From NCBI GenBank assembly GCA_951406725.2, contig OX597831.1:69626001-69690000 (forward strand): a stretch of 64,000 bases of DNA, given 5' to 3'. Source of the DNA: Octopus vulgaris (Eukaryota). A program made the translations under genes and the position numbers. This document shows, piece after piece, positions 53,282 through 64,000 of this stretch (position 1 is its first letter; each line of letters begins with the position of its first letter). The notes beneath the pieces were generated by a model. It was not told the DNA's origin. It saw only the letters and a program-made list of their open reading frames with translations, and ran no database searches.

Positions 53282-53502
53282 CCCTGCAGCCCTCAGATTT
53301 CTCTGTCAAATGTAATGCTTATTTATTCACATCGATGTGAATTAGTCATGCATTATCTTGTAACATCAAAATTTCAATGGTGTGATCATTTTTTTTTTAG
53401 AATAGCAATGGAGGATAGATGTGAAAGACCAGATCTGGCTGGTTTGACCACAAAACAAGTAAGTTATTTGGGTTGGATTTGGTCTGTTTGAATGCTAAAT
53501 GG
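53282..53502. mobile_element. piggyBac-type MITE (second family, older)
   Basis: TTAA|ccctgcagccctcag ... ttgaatgctaaatgg|TTAA. Confidence 0.6.
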
Positions 53503-54519
53503 TTAAACCACCCCAAAACACTTTCTTCATGTTAGTTTTCTTGTATCATACGAATTATTCAATATCAAACTATTTATTAATTTCTAAATGGTGTTCAATA
53601 CTACTCTTGTTCTCTCTATCAAGAGAGTAGTTGATATGTTACTCAGGGTACAATGAATGTGATGGTCATCTTGACTTCCATATTTCTCTGTGTCATTGTA
53701 ATATCAGTGATGTATCATAGCAAGTTAGTTTGACTGAGTTATCTCCAGCCAAGGTGTCTAAAGGATTTGAACTCAACACTGCAATCTAAGAAGATATCAG
53801 TTTTTTCACTCCTTAGTTATTATTACTTACATGATAAAATCCTTTTACAGCCAAGTGGTCTGAGTCATTTGTGAATTAAGTAACTTGTTCATAGACACAA
53901 AAAAGTGATGGTTAATTTAATTTGAATAGGTAGTTTCTTGTCTGGTTGTCCAATACATTAACTGTTTTGACATTCGCAGTCTAATTTGGATGTGTGAAAT
54001 TATAAGAAAGCTTTTTAAAAATACCTCATTTCCTTCTCTGCTTTGTAGAAACCAGAAGAAAACAAAATATTGTCAGAAAATTAAAATATCTCCCACAGCA
54101 TCTACCTTAATAATAGATTGAGGTCCACTGGCTAGTTATTTCCTTGCATGCATGCAGATGTCAGGTTTGTGGCAGAAGAGAAGAGCAGGCAAAGACTGCT
54201 TCCATTTCACTGTTATAGATACCATGTGAATAGGAGATGGAAGATGCTATGGCGTTAAACAGTGCAGCTGCTTGTATAAAAAAGAGGAAACAGTGATATT
54301 GCATATAACCTTCAAACCATGCCTCTACTGAAAAAAATGATAACTGAGTATCATTGTGTTACTAAGCTTCCAACAGAAAAATAAGATTGGAAGTTGTTTT
54401 TTGAATTAAACAAATTTGGGCAAGCAGGCATATATGCTTTGATATTACACACAACACACTGGCCCTAGAAGTAAGGTTTCAAACTATAACTATGTGCTAG
54501 GGAGTCCAGTACATTAACA

Positions 54520-57190
54520 CAATATTTTTCATAAAAAGTGGTCAGGGGAAATTGGAAGGGTCAAACAAATTGCTATGCTTAATTAAGTTTAGACAGGAAG
54601 ATCATGCATGCCTTAGAGTTATCACTAAAATTTGCTACATGTAAAAAGATCAGAAAAATTGATTGCCTGAGACTGAAAAAATGTTCTTAAAAATAAGATG
54701 GAGGTTAGGACAATACAGCAACAACAACAACACAAACATACGAAACTAAAACAAACAACAACAATAGTGACAATAACAACAATGATAACCTCAACATCTC
54801 CCACACAAACAACTATAATAACAACAACACAAACACATGAAACCAAAACAACAACAATAGCGATGATAATAACAACAATAACTGCAACACCCCACACACA
54901 GACAACAATACCAAGCACAACATTACCCTCACTGTCACCAACACTAGCTCACCCACAACAATAACAAGAATGAACACACCATCACTACCAGCAACAACAA
55001 TGCCAGCAACCTTAACAACAAATACAATGATAGTAACACAGGTAGCACCCTACACTTTGTCTTCTATAACCTCAACAACAAATCATATGACATGACAAGG
55101 ATCTACCCCATAGATTTACCCTTCAGCAAAAGGGTGTGTATTCCACCACAGACAGACAGTGAGACAGAGGCAAAGATTTCTTTAACTAGAAATAGACTCT
55201 GACACATCTTAGGCTGGTACAACAAAACCATTAAAAAACATAATGAAGAGGAGACCCACCAACTCAGTTCATCTGTTGCCAAAGAACTACAAAAACTGAA
55301 ACAGCGAATTAAGAACAGGGAATTAGTGTGCTTCCGTACAGACAAGTCTGGCTGACTGTTGATAGACAGCCCACAGAAGTATGTCCAGTAGCATGAGAGA
55401 AGTTGCATCACAGGAACATGAAACAGTAGAAAAACTTCACAATGCACACATGGGAATATGGTGCAACATACTCCAGCCCAAGAAACGGACTGCAAAAAAT
55501 TTCCAAGCATTCAACAACAATGTTCCTACACTATACAGGTTATGTAAGGACGATAAACCCTATGTAAACCTCATTATGGGGCCCCCCAACCCGGCCAGTT
55601 TGCGGAGTGAACATCTCCAGCAATTATAGGCGATCCTACTTCCTCACACAGGTGTTATGACCACTCACTGAAATGTCCCCAGATTTATCTGTGAGCACGA
55701 AGGATCTTCTCAGTAGAATTCAGTAGTTGTAACCACTCCAACGACCTTGCAGGTTGTGTAGTGGGTAGTATGGATGTAGTTTCACTCTACCCATCTATAG
55801 GCATAAGTTTTGCTGTGGTAAAATGCATTGAGATTATCTGTGAGAGTGGAGTAGAGTTCTGTGAAGTCAACACAATGTAACTGGACCTCCTCTTTAGACT
55901 AATCTATGACTGTAACTACCTAGACAAACATGACTGTAGCAGATTCTGCCCCACCAAGTCACAGAAGGGAAGACCACCCACTATCACCTCGGCAGGGAAG
56001 AAAAGCATTGCAGAGTGCTGGGTCAGCTGCACCATACCTAGCCAGAATCCTGAGGACAAAAATAAGGTGAAAAGAATGATTGCACATGCAATAGAGGTTA
56101 GCACAAGGACCACTTTGAAGAACCACATAGTAAAGTTTAACAAGAATTTATACATGCAAGTTCAAGGTGCAGCCATTAGTTGTCAGTGTGGCTGGAGATG
56201 TGGCTGACCACTTCATGACCTGGGGGGACAGAAAACTTAAACAATCCTTAGTTGAACAATCCACAACTGTTTTGCTTTACTGTGGGTATGTAGAGGACAT
56301 TAATATTGTAGTAACTCTAGTAACTGTAATGTAGAAACTGGAAGGAGCATAATGGAGAGAATCCAGCACGTAGCTAAATCCACCCACCAAAATATCAAGG
56401 TAACTATAGATTACCCCACTAGGCACCCTAACAATAGACTCGCTGTCTTTGATACTGAACTTTGGTTAGAGACTGTGAAAAACAGAGTGCGACTCCTCCA
56501 CTCCTATTACACGAAACCCATAGCTTCTAAATAGGTTATTCACAAGAACTCAGATTTGTCACACAACATGAAAATCAACATACTGATAGTAGACTTAGTT
56601 AGTATAATGAATAATGTGTCCCCCTATGCAAACCTTATGAAACAAGGAAACATGTACAGAAATGCATGCACTACATGTAATTCTCTAGATATTACCAGAA
56701 ATATAGGATTTGGGGTATATAGAGCAGCTAGAAAGAATTTAGATAGCATTATATGTAATGAAACCAGTGGTGTCTGTCTTAGATACAGAGGTGAAGACTG
56801 TAATAGGATACAAGGAATTTGTGACATAGCAAACAGGGTGAACACGTGGTACAAGGCTGACAAATATCAAGGAGTGATGTTGTTTAGGCCACAGCCCATG
56901 GAGAACTAGCCTGAAGATTTAGGAAAGTTCTGAAGGAGACCAAACTCAATATTAAGATCATTGAAAAGTGAGCACCATCAGATCACAGTTATGTAGGACA
57001 TATCTCTTTAAGAATACCACATGCACCAATGAAAACGGAATGGTAAGATTAACCCTGGCATTAACTGTAGAACTAGAAATGTAGTCTACAGTATAAGGTG
57101 CATAGAGGGTGCTTATAACGACAAGAACAAAGCTTACATTGGCGAGACATCTAGAAGCATTGCGGAGAGATTAAATGAACATTTGAGATG
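54520..57190 (+). mobile_element. Decayed Penelope-like retroelement (RT plus GIY-YIG endonuclease)
   Basis: Frameshifted motifs DLPFSKRVCIP, ELVCFRTDKSG, PTLYRLCKDDK, PTRPVCG, GSMDVVSLYPSI, KFNKNLYMQVQGAAI, YVEDI, LAVFDTELW, YYTKPIAS, and GIY-YIG NCRTRNVVYSIRC..AYIGETSRSIAERLNEH; Thr-rich low-complexity 5' part; 5' boundary uncertain. Confidence 0.88.
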
Positions 57191-58678
57191 ATCAATGGAA
57201 CACAAATTATTTATCACTAAATTGGATGAGTGACATGATATTTAATCTGCTCTGTCCATACTTTCAAGTCAAGATTGGGGAAGTTGGAGCAGTGGGAGAT
57301 ATTTAATTGATTTGTTGATTTGTGGTCTTTAATTCTTTTGATCGTTTTAGCCTACACAACAAAGTTTATGCTGGAACATTACTTGTGTTTAAATTAATTT
57401 AGGATGTGCTTAAAAATGTATGAAGTTGATTAGGTTGGACAGTGATAAGTGAATGTTGCTATGTTACAAAAGAAGAGTAAACAATGAAAGGTTTGAAGTA
57501 TCAAAAACAGACAAATCTATTTTCATCAAAATATGAGTATTGTTATAAAGTGAGAGTATTTCTTGAATAAATAATAGTGAAATATGTATTTTTGCTTTCA
57601 TGGAAGAGAATGAAAAGAAACTGAAAATTCAACATAATGAAATTTTCTTTTCTTTAAGCTTTCTAACTGTGAAATAAAAGTTAGGGATATAACCAGATCC
57701 ATGACACAATTCTGAATATCAAAATTACCATGTTTCTGATTTGTTTAACTGGCCTTGTGCTAGTTACACATCAGACCCCAATATTCATTTTATAGCTATA
57801 TAAAAATGTTAATTTATGAGTGGTTAAGTTTCTTTGCTTATAGGTTAAATAATTTTTTCTCTTATCTGAATAATCAGAATACTGACATATAACCACTTAT
57901 ATGTTTGTAGTATAAACAGTCTCTTTTAGTGTTCTTTTGTATCTCCTTATAGCATGATTATTTTGGGATTCGGTTAGAGTACTAAGCAAAATTTGCAGTT
58001 TCTCCTTCCAATTTACTGACAACTCAATCTGTCATTCTATCTTGTGATCTGAACTCAAAGATACTCAAAAAAGTAAGGCTAATTTGTATATTGTTGTTGG
58101 TTTAGAAAATATATAACAGTAATTAGATAAATATGAATAAATTTTATTTTGATTAATTTCTGAGTGATTGTAAAAACACATTTGAATACATTGTTGGGTT
58201 GAAATAATAAACTTACACATCTGTCTATGATCAGTGGTGATAGTAGTACTCCTTTGGATGGTTATGATGATTGTTTATCAGAGTACTCTTAGACTTGTTG
58301 AGGACTTGACAATTTCTCTAGTGCTGCCATCACAATAAGATACTAACCTGTAAAATAACTGATATTAGGAAAGACATCTGATCATGGAAATACTGCCCTA
58401 GTATATTGCAAAGGACTTTTTTCCCTTTGTGGCGTATTAGGAGATCAGAATAGTGGCTTTGTTTTATGCCTAATAACTGCTATTTCTAGCATACCAAATA
58501 ACCACATTGAGGACCCGCTACCTTTGAGTTCATTTAAAAGGGAGAGAAAAATGCGTTACACAACAAATTCCGATATAATCGTAATCTACATCGTCTGAGA
58601 TGTATATGTAGAAAAATTTTATTAAATTATCCATGTTTCAGAAAGTTACCACACACACACACATATATATAATATGTG

Positions 58679-58738
<60 letters not shown>

Positions 58739-58793
58739 CAGAAATATTAAATTTCTAAATATCTCATGGAGATATGTACGGTGGTGGAGTGTT

Positions 58794-58927
58794 AGAGTGG
58801 TTGTATACTGTCAACTTAACGTGACAGTAAGGGAATTTACACCACTGCTGTTTACTTCCTAGGGCTAAACAGCGGTGGTGTAAATTCCCTTACAGGACTA
58901 TCATGTTAAGTTGACAGTATACAACCA

Positions 58928-58931
<4 letters not shown>
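58794..58931. repeat. Near-perfect ~60-bp-arm palindrome next to (CT)n(TA)n
   Basis: agagtggttgtatactgtcaacttaac..gtaagggaatttacaccactgctgttta / taaacagcggtggtgtaaattcccttac..gttaagttgacagtatacaaccactct; 11-nt loop. Confidence 0.9.
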
Positions 58932-58989
<58 letters not shown>

Positions 58990-58992
58990 GCA

Positions 58993-59172
58993 TATCATGA
59001 TCATCATTCACCATCCATTTTCCATTCTGGCATGGATTAGACAGTCTGACAAGGGCCAACAAGCCAGGGGGCTACGTCTAGCACCCATCTGGTTTGCCAT
59101 GCTTTTTGTAGCTGGATGCCCTTCCTATCGCCACCACTTCACAGCATGGACTGAATGCTTTTTACGTGGCAC
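58993..59172 (-). mobile_element. Family D repeat, 3' end (old)
   Basis: ccattttccattctggcatgg...gctggatgcccttccta.cgcca.ccac. Confidence 0.7.
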
Positions 59173-60415
59173 AGCATGATAGCATAGTTTCAATGGCTGG
59201 ATTTTTATATATTTATGATTTTTATAGTTTTATGATTCTCTACACGTTGGTGCAAGTTGACTGGGAACCTGAGGCCCACCAAAATTGTTCCCAATTGGGC
59301 CCAGGTTCCCATTAAAGCTGGCCCTAGCTGAACTGTTTGGTTTACAATTCATGAAAGTCTTAGGCACCCACCATCATAGACAGTCCATCTCCATTTGTGT
59401 TGTTTAGTTAGCAGATTCCCACATATTCACATTGAAAGTCCATATTTTAAAATTTCCTTTAAGTGTGTCTTTGTCTTTCTTGAATACACTTAACTTCATT
59501 CAGCTGGAAATAAAACATTTACAGGGTGATGACAATATGTTAGTGATGAAGATAACGATAATGATGACGATAATGATGTTGATGATAATGATGCTGATAA
59601 TGAGGAGGAGGAGGAGAAGAGATCAATAGAGAAATGAATAATAAGAAAGAGTATGAAGAGTTTGATGACTAAATAGGTAAGAGCAATCATATGATGATAG
59701 TGATGATGATGATGATAATGGTGGTGATGACGTCAACAACAACAGTGACAGTAGTAGAAGTGGCAGTAGTGGTTTGGTGGTTGTAGTGGTTTTGGTGGCG
59801 GTGGTGGTGGTGGTAGTGCAGCATAAAGAAACAGATAAAAAAAAGATGATAGTAATAATGTATATCATTTAAAGTTTTGATATCACACATAACTAATAGT
59901 GACATCAAGTTTTGACGTCAGCATAATGCCAGAGAGACTGTTTCAGACAAACGGACAGACAGGTGCAAACTGTCTCTCGTTTAATTTATCATTTTAACCA
60001 AAGTACAAACACCAAACAATACAAATGAACACAGAACACAGCAGACAACACAGAATCTGAACCATAATACACACAATAAAAATATAAACTGTCATATTTT
60101 ACAACAGTAAAATACATAATTCACTCTATAATATAAACATAACACAAACACAGCAGTTACTTGATCTTTCTGAAGCAACAGCCAATTTTTCCTCAAGTAA
60201 ATTTTTCCTTATGTAAAGATACTCAAATGGTGTATTGCAGATTTTTGGTAATATAATTTAAGGCTTTAAAAAAATCCATATTAATGCTTAAAATTCTTGA
60301 AAAATGCTCGAAGAAAATATAATGTCAATCCTGATCAAACAATACACAAGTATGATTAATAATACACAGTAAGCAATAGTTTGTGTTTTTTTAAGTTTCC
60401 ATACAAAGTAAGTCA

Positions 60416-60802
60416 AGGGGTCAGCCATATTTAAATGGCAAATATACGTCACGATGTGTTGCAGCTACGGTTTAAAACTCACTCTAAGATTTATTATTGC
60501 TTGTTTACATGTTTTCGATATCAGAGTCTTTACAATACTGGAAAAGGGATAAGTATTTGTGAAGGGAACCTACTTTTCATCGACAACTGTGATTGTCACA
60601 CGCCGATGACGGGTCAATATCCAGAAACTCGAGTCCGTATGTATCATAAGTTGGAGACGGGAAGGATGGCTTCTCTTCGCAAATACTGATAGGGCACAGA
60701 AAGTGTGTCTATAGCCAACTGGAGGAGGTGTCCTCCTGGGGCTACAAACTACAGTAGCATCCATCCTTAGGGGTTAGCCATATTTAAATGGCAAATATAC
60801 GT
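60416..60802 (+). mobile_element. Retrozyme-like unit: 353-bp monomer with 34-bp terminal direct repeat and an internal hammerhead
   Basis: aggggt(c/t)agccatatttaaatggcaaatatacgt at 60416-60449 and 60769-60802; extensive self-complementarity; HHR at 60597-60642. Confidence 0.72.
60597..60642 (+). ncRNA. Type I hammerhead ribozyme motif (core variant CCGAUGA)
   Basis: acg-CCGATGA-cggg tcaata tcca-GAAA-ctcgag-TC-cgt; helix I extends (gtgat/atcat, caact/agttg); GUC cleavage triplet. Confidence 0.7.
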
Positions 60803-61539
60803 TTTATAGGATCATCATTGCATTATGCAGTAAAATAATATTGAGATAATCTACCCTAATATGAAAGAAAGGATAGTTACATTAGAAACATGTAGTCTTA
60901 GATACATAATTCTGATTGAAAGCCAGGATCTATGATCATAGCTGAGTCATGACAGATCTGAAACTTAATAACACAAACACAGCACACAACATATAACAGA
61001 AATCACATAACAAAGCTCAGTCTGACGTACAATACACATTACATATCATAGTGTGCACAGAAACACAACATAGTAATATCACAATTAAGAAATATATTTA
61101 GCATATTTTTTCATAATTCTGTATTGAATCAATTCTAACCTATCTCATTACTGGTTTAGTACCATTCCATGACTCTTTGATGACTTTATAAAATTATTTT
61201 TAGAAAATAGATCTAATTCAGCACCAACATTTGGCTCTTGGTGTCTCAAGTGGAGTCCTCTTTGTTACAAACTTTTGGATCGGATCTTTGGTATTGACGT
61301 GTTCCTTGTTTCTCTGTCTTCCTTGTATTGTGCCATGGCTTGTTAGCTGGTCAAGTAGAAGTTGTTCTCAACTAGAGGCTTGTTGCTAGATAAGCAAGGT
61401 GCCTAAACCTCTGAGTAGTGTCTTGATTAGCAACTGTCTTTGATGATAGTGATGTTATTGTATTGTAACAGAAACTTTGCTAAATAATAGGATCGCCCTT
61501 TTTATTTTATTTTATTTTATTGTTAGTATACAATCAATA

Positions 61540-61970
61540 GGCACAGATGTGGCTGTGTGGTAAGAAGTTTACTTCCCAACCACATGGCTCTGGGTTCAGT
61601 TCCACTGTATGGCACCTTGGACAAGTGCTTTTTACTGACTGCAGTACTGCACTGACCAAAGCCTTGTGAATGAATTTAGTAGACAGAAACTGAAAGAAGC
61701 CTGTCATATATACATATGATATGTGTTGGAGTATGTTAGTGTCTCCTTGTCTAGACATCATGTCATAGTCGTAAATGATTGTCACTGTCATACAAGCAGT
61801 ATCATCCATTTCCCATATTCTGCAAGAACATGTCAGCTCATGAGGAAATATTACCTTCGATGGAAACAGGTAAGTGTTGACAAATGGAAGGGCATCCAGC
61901 CATAGAATATTTGCCTCAGTAAACTCTGACCCATGCAAGCATGAAAAATTGGACATTAAAATGATGAGGA
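61540..61970 (+). mobile_element. Composite SINE: family C head plus family D (RTE-type) tail
   Basis: ggcacagatgtggctgtgtggtaag...gaaagaagcctgtc, then ggaagggcatccagccatag...acccatgcaagcatgaaaa.tggacattaaaatgatga. Confidence 0.78.
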
Positions 61971-62009
61971 GGACATGTGAAATGAATCTCAATTTTGTGC
62001 CTTATTAAA

Positions 62010-62720
62010 ATAAACTGCAATGGTTTAGTCTGACAGGGAACTTCTGAGTCAAGAAAACGGATGGTCTCAAGATATGGGCAATGAGGCAGGGATGTCATGG
62101 CAGACATGGTTGAAGAGTTTGCTACGTCAAAAGCAAATTTTGCAAAGGTGAGGAGTCACAGGAGTGTGGGTTAGGTTAGCAGGCTTCTTGTAGCATTGAC
62201 TTTACTGAAACTATACCAAAAATCTTTCAATAATGTGTGAGTCCCAAAAGGATGAGGGTTTTTGTTACTACTATGACTGTATCCAGGAAAATTCCACTTC
62301 TTTGGAAAAGAATATCTCAAAATGTTGAGTTATTTCCCAATGCTTATAGAGTGTTATAGTTACAAGAAGTCACTTTGATGAGTTGGTATAACTGAAGAAG
62401 GTTGGAATTTGAGAGGCAAGCAAGCTTTCCTCACAAAAGAACCAATAGATTTCATGACACAAAAGCAGATGTTCATGAGAGAGCATTCCCAGTTGGAGCT
62501 ATTAGGTGACTTCCTGTATATTAATGAAGAAGAGAACGATGTCTGAACATCAATGCCTTTGACTGTCTGATGTTCAGGAGCAAAAACACTTTTGGTCCCT
62601 CCATCATAATTAACATGCATAATAGTCAAGAGGAAATTTTGCCTTCCTTTAAAACTGCACTCAAGTGACTTTCCCACCTTCACCTCTATTCCTACCTGTT
62701 GGTACTTACTAGCTCTCAAA
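62010..62720 (-). mobile_element. Possible decayed CR1/L2/Jockey-group LINE fragment (region between EN and RT)
   Basis: YRKSPNSSNWE...KDFW...FAKFAFDVANSSTM..LPHCPYLETIRF resembles the ORF2 linker; many stops. Confidence 0.4.
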
Positions 62721-62795
62721 TTTGCACCCTAATGGTAATTAATTCAAGCATTCAAATGTTATTGCCAAGTGTCGCTGTTATAATAAATCCTTTAA

Positions 62796-63012
62796 AGGCG
62801 GTGAACTGGCAGAAACGTTAGCACGCCAGGCGAAATGCTTAGCATTGTTTCGTCTGCCACTACGTTCTGAGTTCAAATTCCGCCGAGGTCGACTTTGCCT
62901 TTCATCCTTTCAGGGTCGATAAATTAAGGACCAGTTATGCACTGGGGTTGATATAATCGACTTAATCTATTTGTCTGTCCTTGTTTAGCTCCCTGTGGTT
63001 AGTAAAGAAATA
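62796..63012 (+). mobile_element. SINE family A with TSD
   Basis: Near full length; gttataataaa(t/a)cctt on both flanks. Confidence 0.9.
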
Positions 63013-63389
63013 GTTATAATAAAACCTTCTGAATGTGCAGCATTGAAGACAAAGATTTTAAGAATTGGAGACAGACAGACTTGAAATGTAAAAGATCAGC
63101 TGCTTTAGCAAATGTACAATAGAGCTTTAAGCTAAAATTCATTTGAAAATATTGTAATGGCCTCTGCTTACATCAATTAAAAAAGATATTCCATCTTAGC
63201 CAGAAATTCAAATTCATGACAAGTTGATATTTAGACTATTGAGAAGATAAATGTGCAAATACCTTAACTTCAAATGAAACAATTATATAATATTGGTGTG
63301 TGTGTATGTGTGTGTGTGTGTACATATTCTGATATTTCTGCAGCATTTATATTTTTTATATATCAGATTATATATATATCAGATATATA

Positions 63390-63560
63390 GGTGCAGGAGT
63401 GGCTGTGTGGTAAGTAGTTTGCTAACCAACCACATAGTTCCAGGTTCAGTCCCACTGCGTGACATCTTGGGCAAATGTCTTCTGCTATAGCCCTGGACCG
63501 ACCAATGCCTTGTGAGTGGATTTGGTAGACGGAAACTGAAAGAAGCCTGTCGTATATATG

Positions 63561-63595
<35 letters not shown>

Positions 63596-63803
63596 TTGTG
63601 TGTCTGTGTTTGTACCCCTAGCATTGCTTGACAACCGATGCCTGTGTGTTTACGTCCCAGTCACTTAGCAGTTCGGCAAAAGAGACCGATAGAATAAGTA
63701 CTGGGCTTACAAAGAATAAGTCCTTGGGTCGATTTGCTCGACTAAAGGTGGTGCTCCAGCATGGTCGCAGTCAAATGACTGAAACAAGTAAAAGAGTAAA
63801 AGA
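63390..63803 (+). mobile_element. SINE family C (young, full length)
   Basis: Same as 29844-30267. Confidence 0.95.
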
Positions 63804-63951
63804 ATATATTAGATTTTCAAGAGAGAATAGTATATAAAGCTGTGTCACAAATTATGTCTATTCTGGCCGTTGTTATAAAAAGAGTTCGTTTTTAAAGTAG
63901 AAATGTGACTCAGAATGCTATCCATTAATATACAAATTAATTGCTCAATAT

Positions 63952-64000
63952 TCTTTCAGTTTCTGTCTACCAAATCCACTCACAAGGCATTGGTCGGCCC
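63952..64000 (-). mobile_element. SINE family C fragment running off the window edge
   Basis: ttctttcagtttctgtctaccaaatccactcacaaggcattggtcggccc. Confidence 0.85.

Noticed and set aside
56900-57190. In-frame TGA as selenocysteine in the PLE endonuclease region
   Set aside because: The element has numerous TAA/TAG stops and frameshifts, so TGA codons are uninformative.
60684-60713. Second hammerhead in the retrozyme unit (ata-CTGATAG..GAAA..TC-tat)
   Set aside because: The core deviates and there is no valid stem II or III; better explained as a gcac-agaaa-gtgt hairpin.

Overview
AT-rich, repeat-dominated eukaryotic DNA, probably intronic or intergenic. The SINE families and very dense (TA)n/(TG)n/(TATG)n microsatellites suggest an Octopus (coleoid cephalopod) genome; this is inferred from recognising the repeats, not from a database search. 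No intact host gene is supportable, and most ORFs in the track are microsatellite or SINE artefacts. The window holds more than 35 SINE or SINE-like copies in several modular families. It also holds decayed retroelements: an R4/Dong-like LINE, RTE, CR1, and a Penelope-like element with RT and GIY-YIG motifs. DNA transposon remnants include a Tc1/mariner, a Helitron and piggyBac-type MITEs, alongside several foldback palindromes and a 2.8 kb (TA)n tract. The most notable signal is a set of type I hammerhead ribozyme (HHR) motifs in short non-coding elements. These are an intact one at 19631-19740 (-), a palindromic pair at 8037-8448, several decayed copies, and a 353-bp highly self-complementary unit with 34-bp terminal redundancy at 60416-60802. 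That unit looks like a retrotransposed circular RNA (retrozyme) and lies about 3 kb from the Penelope-like remnant whose family could have mobilised it.
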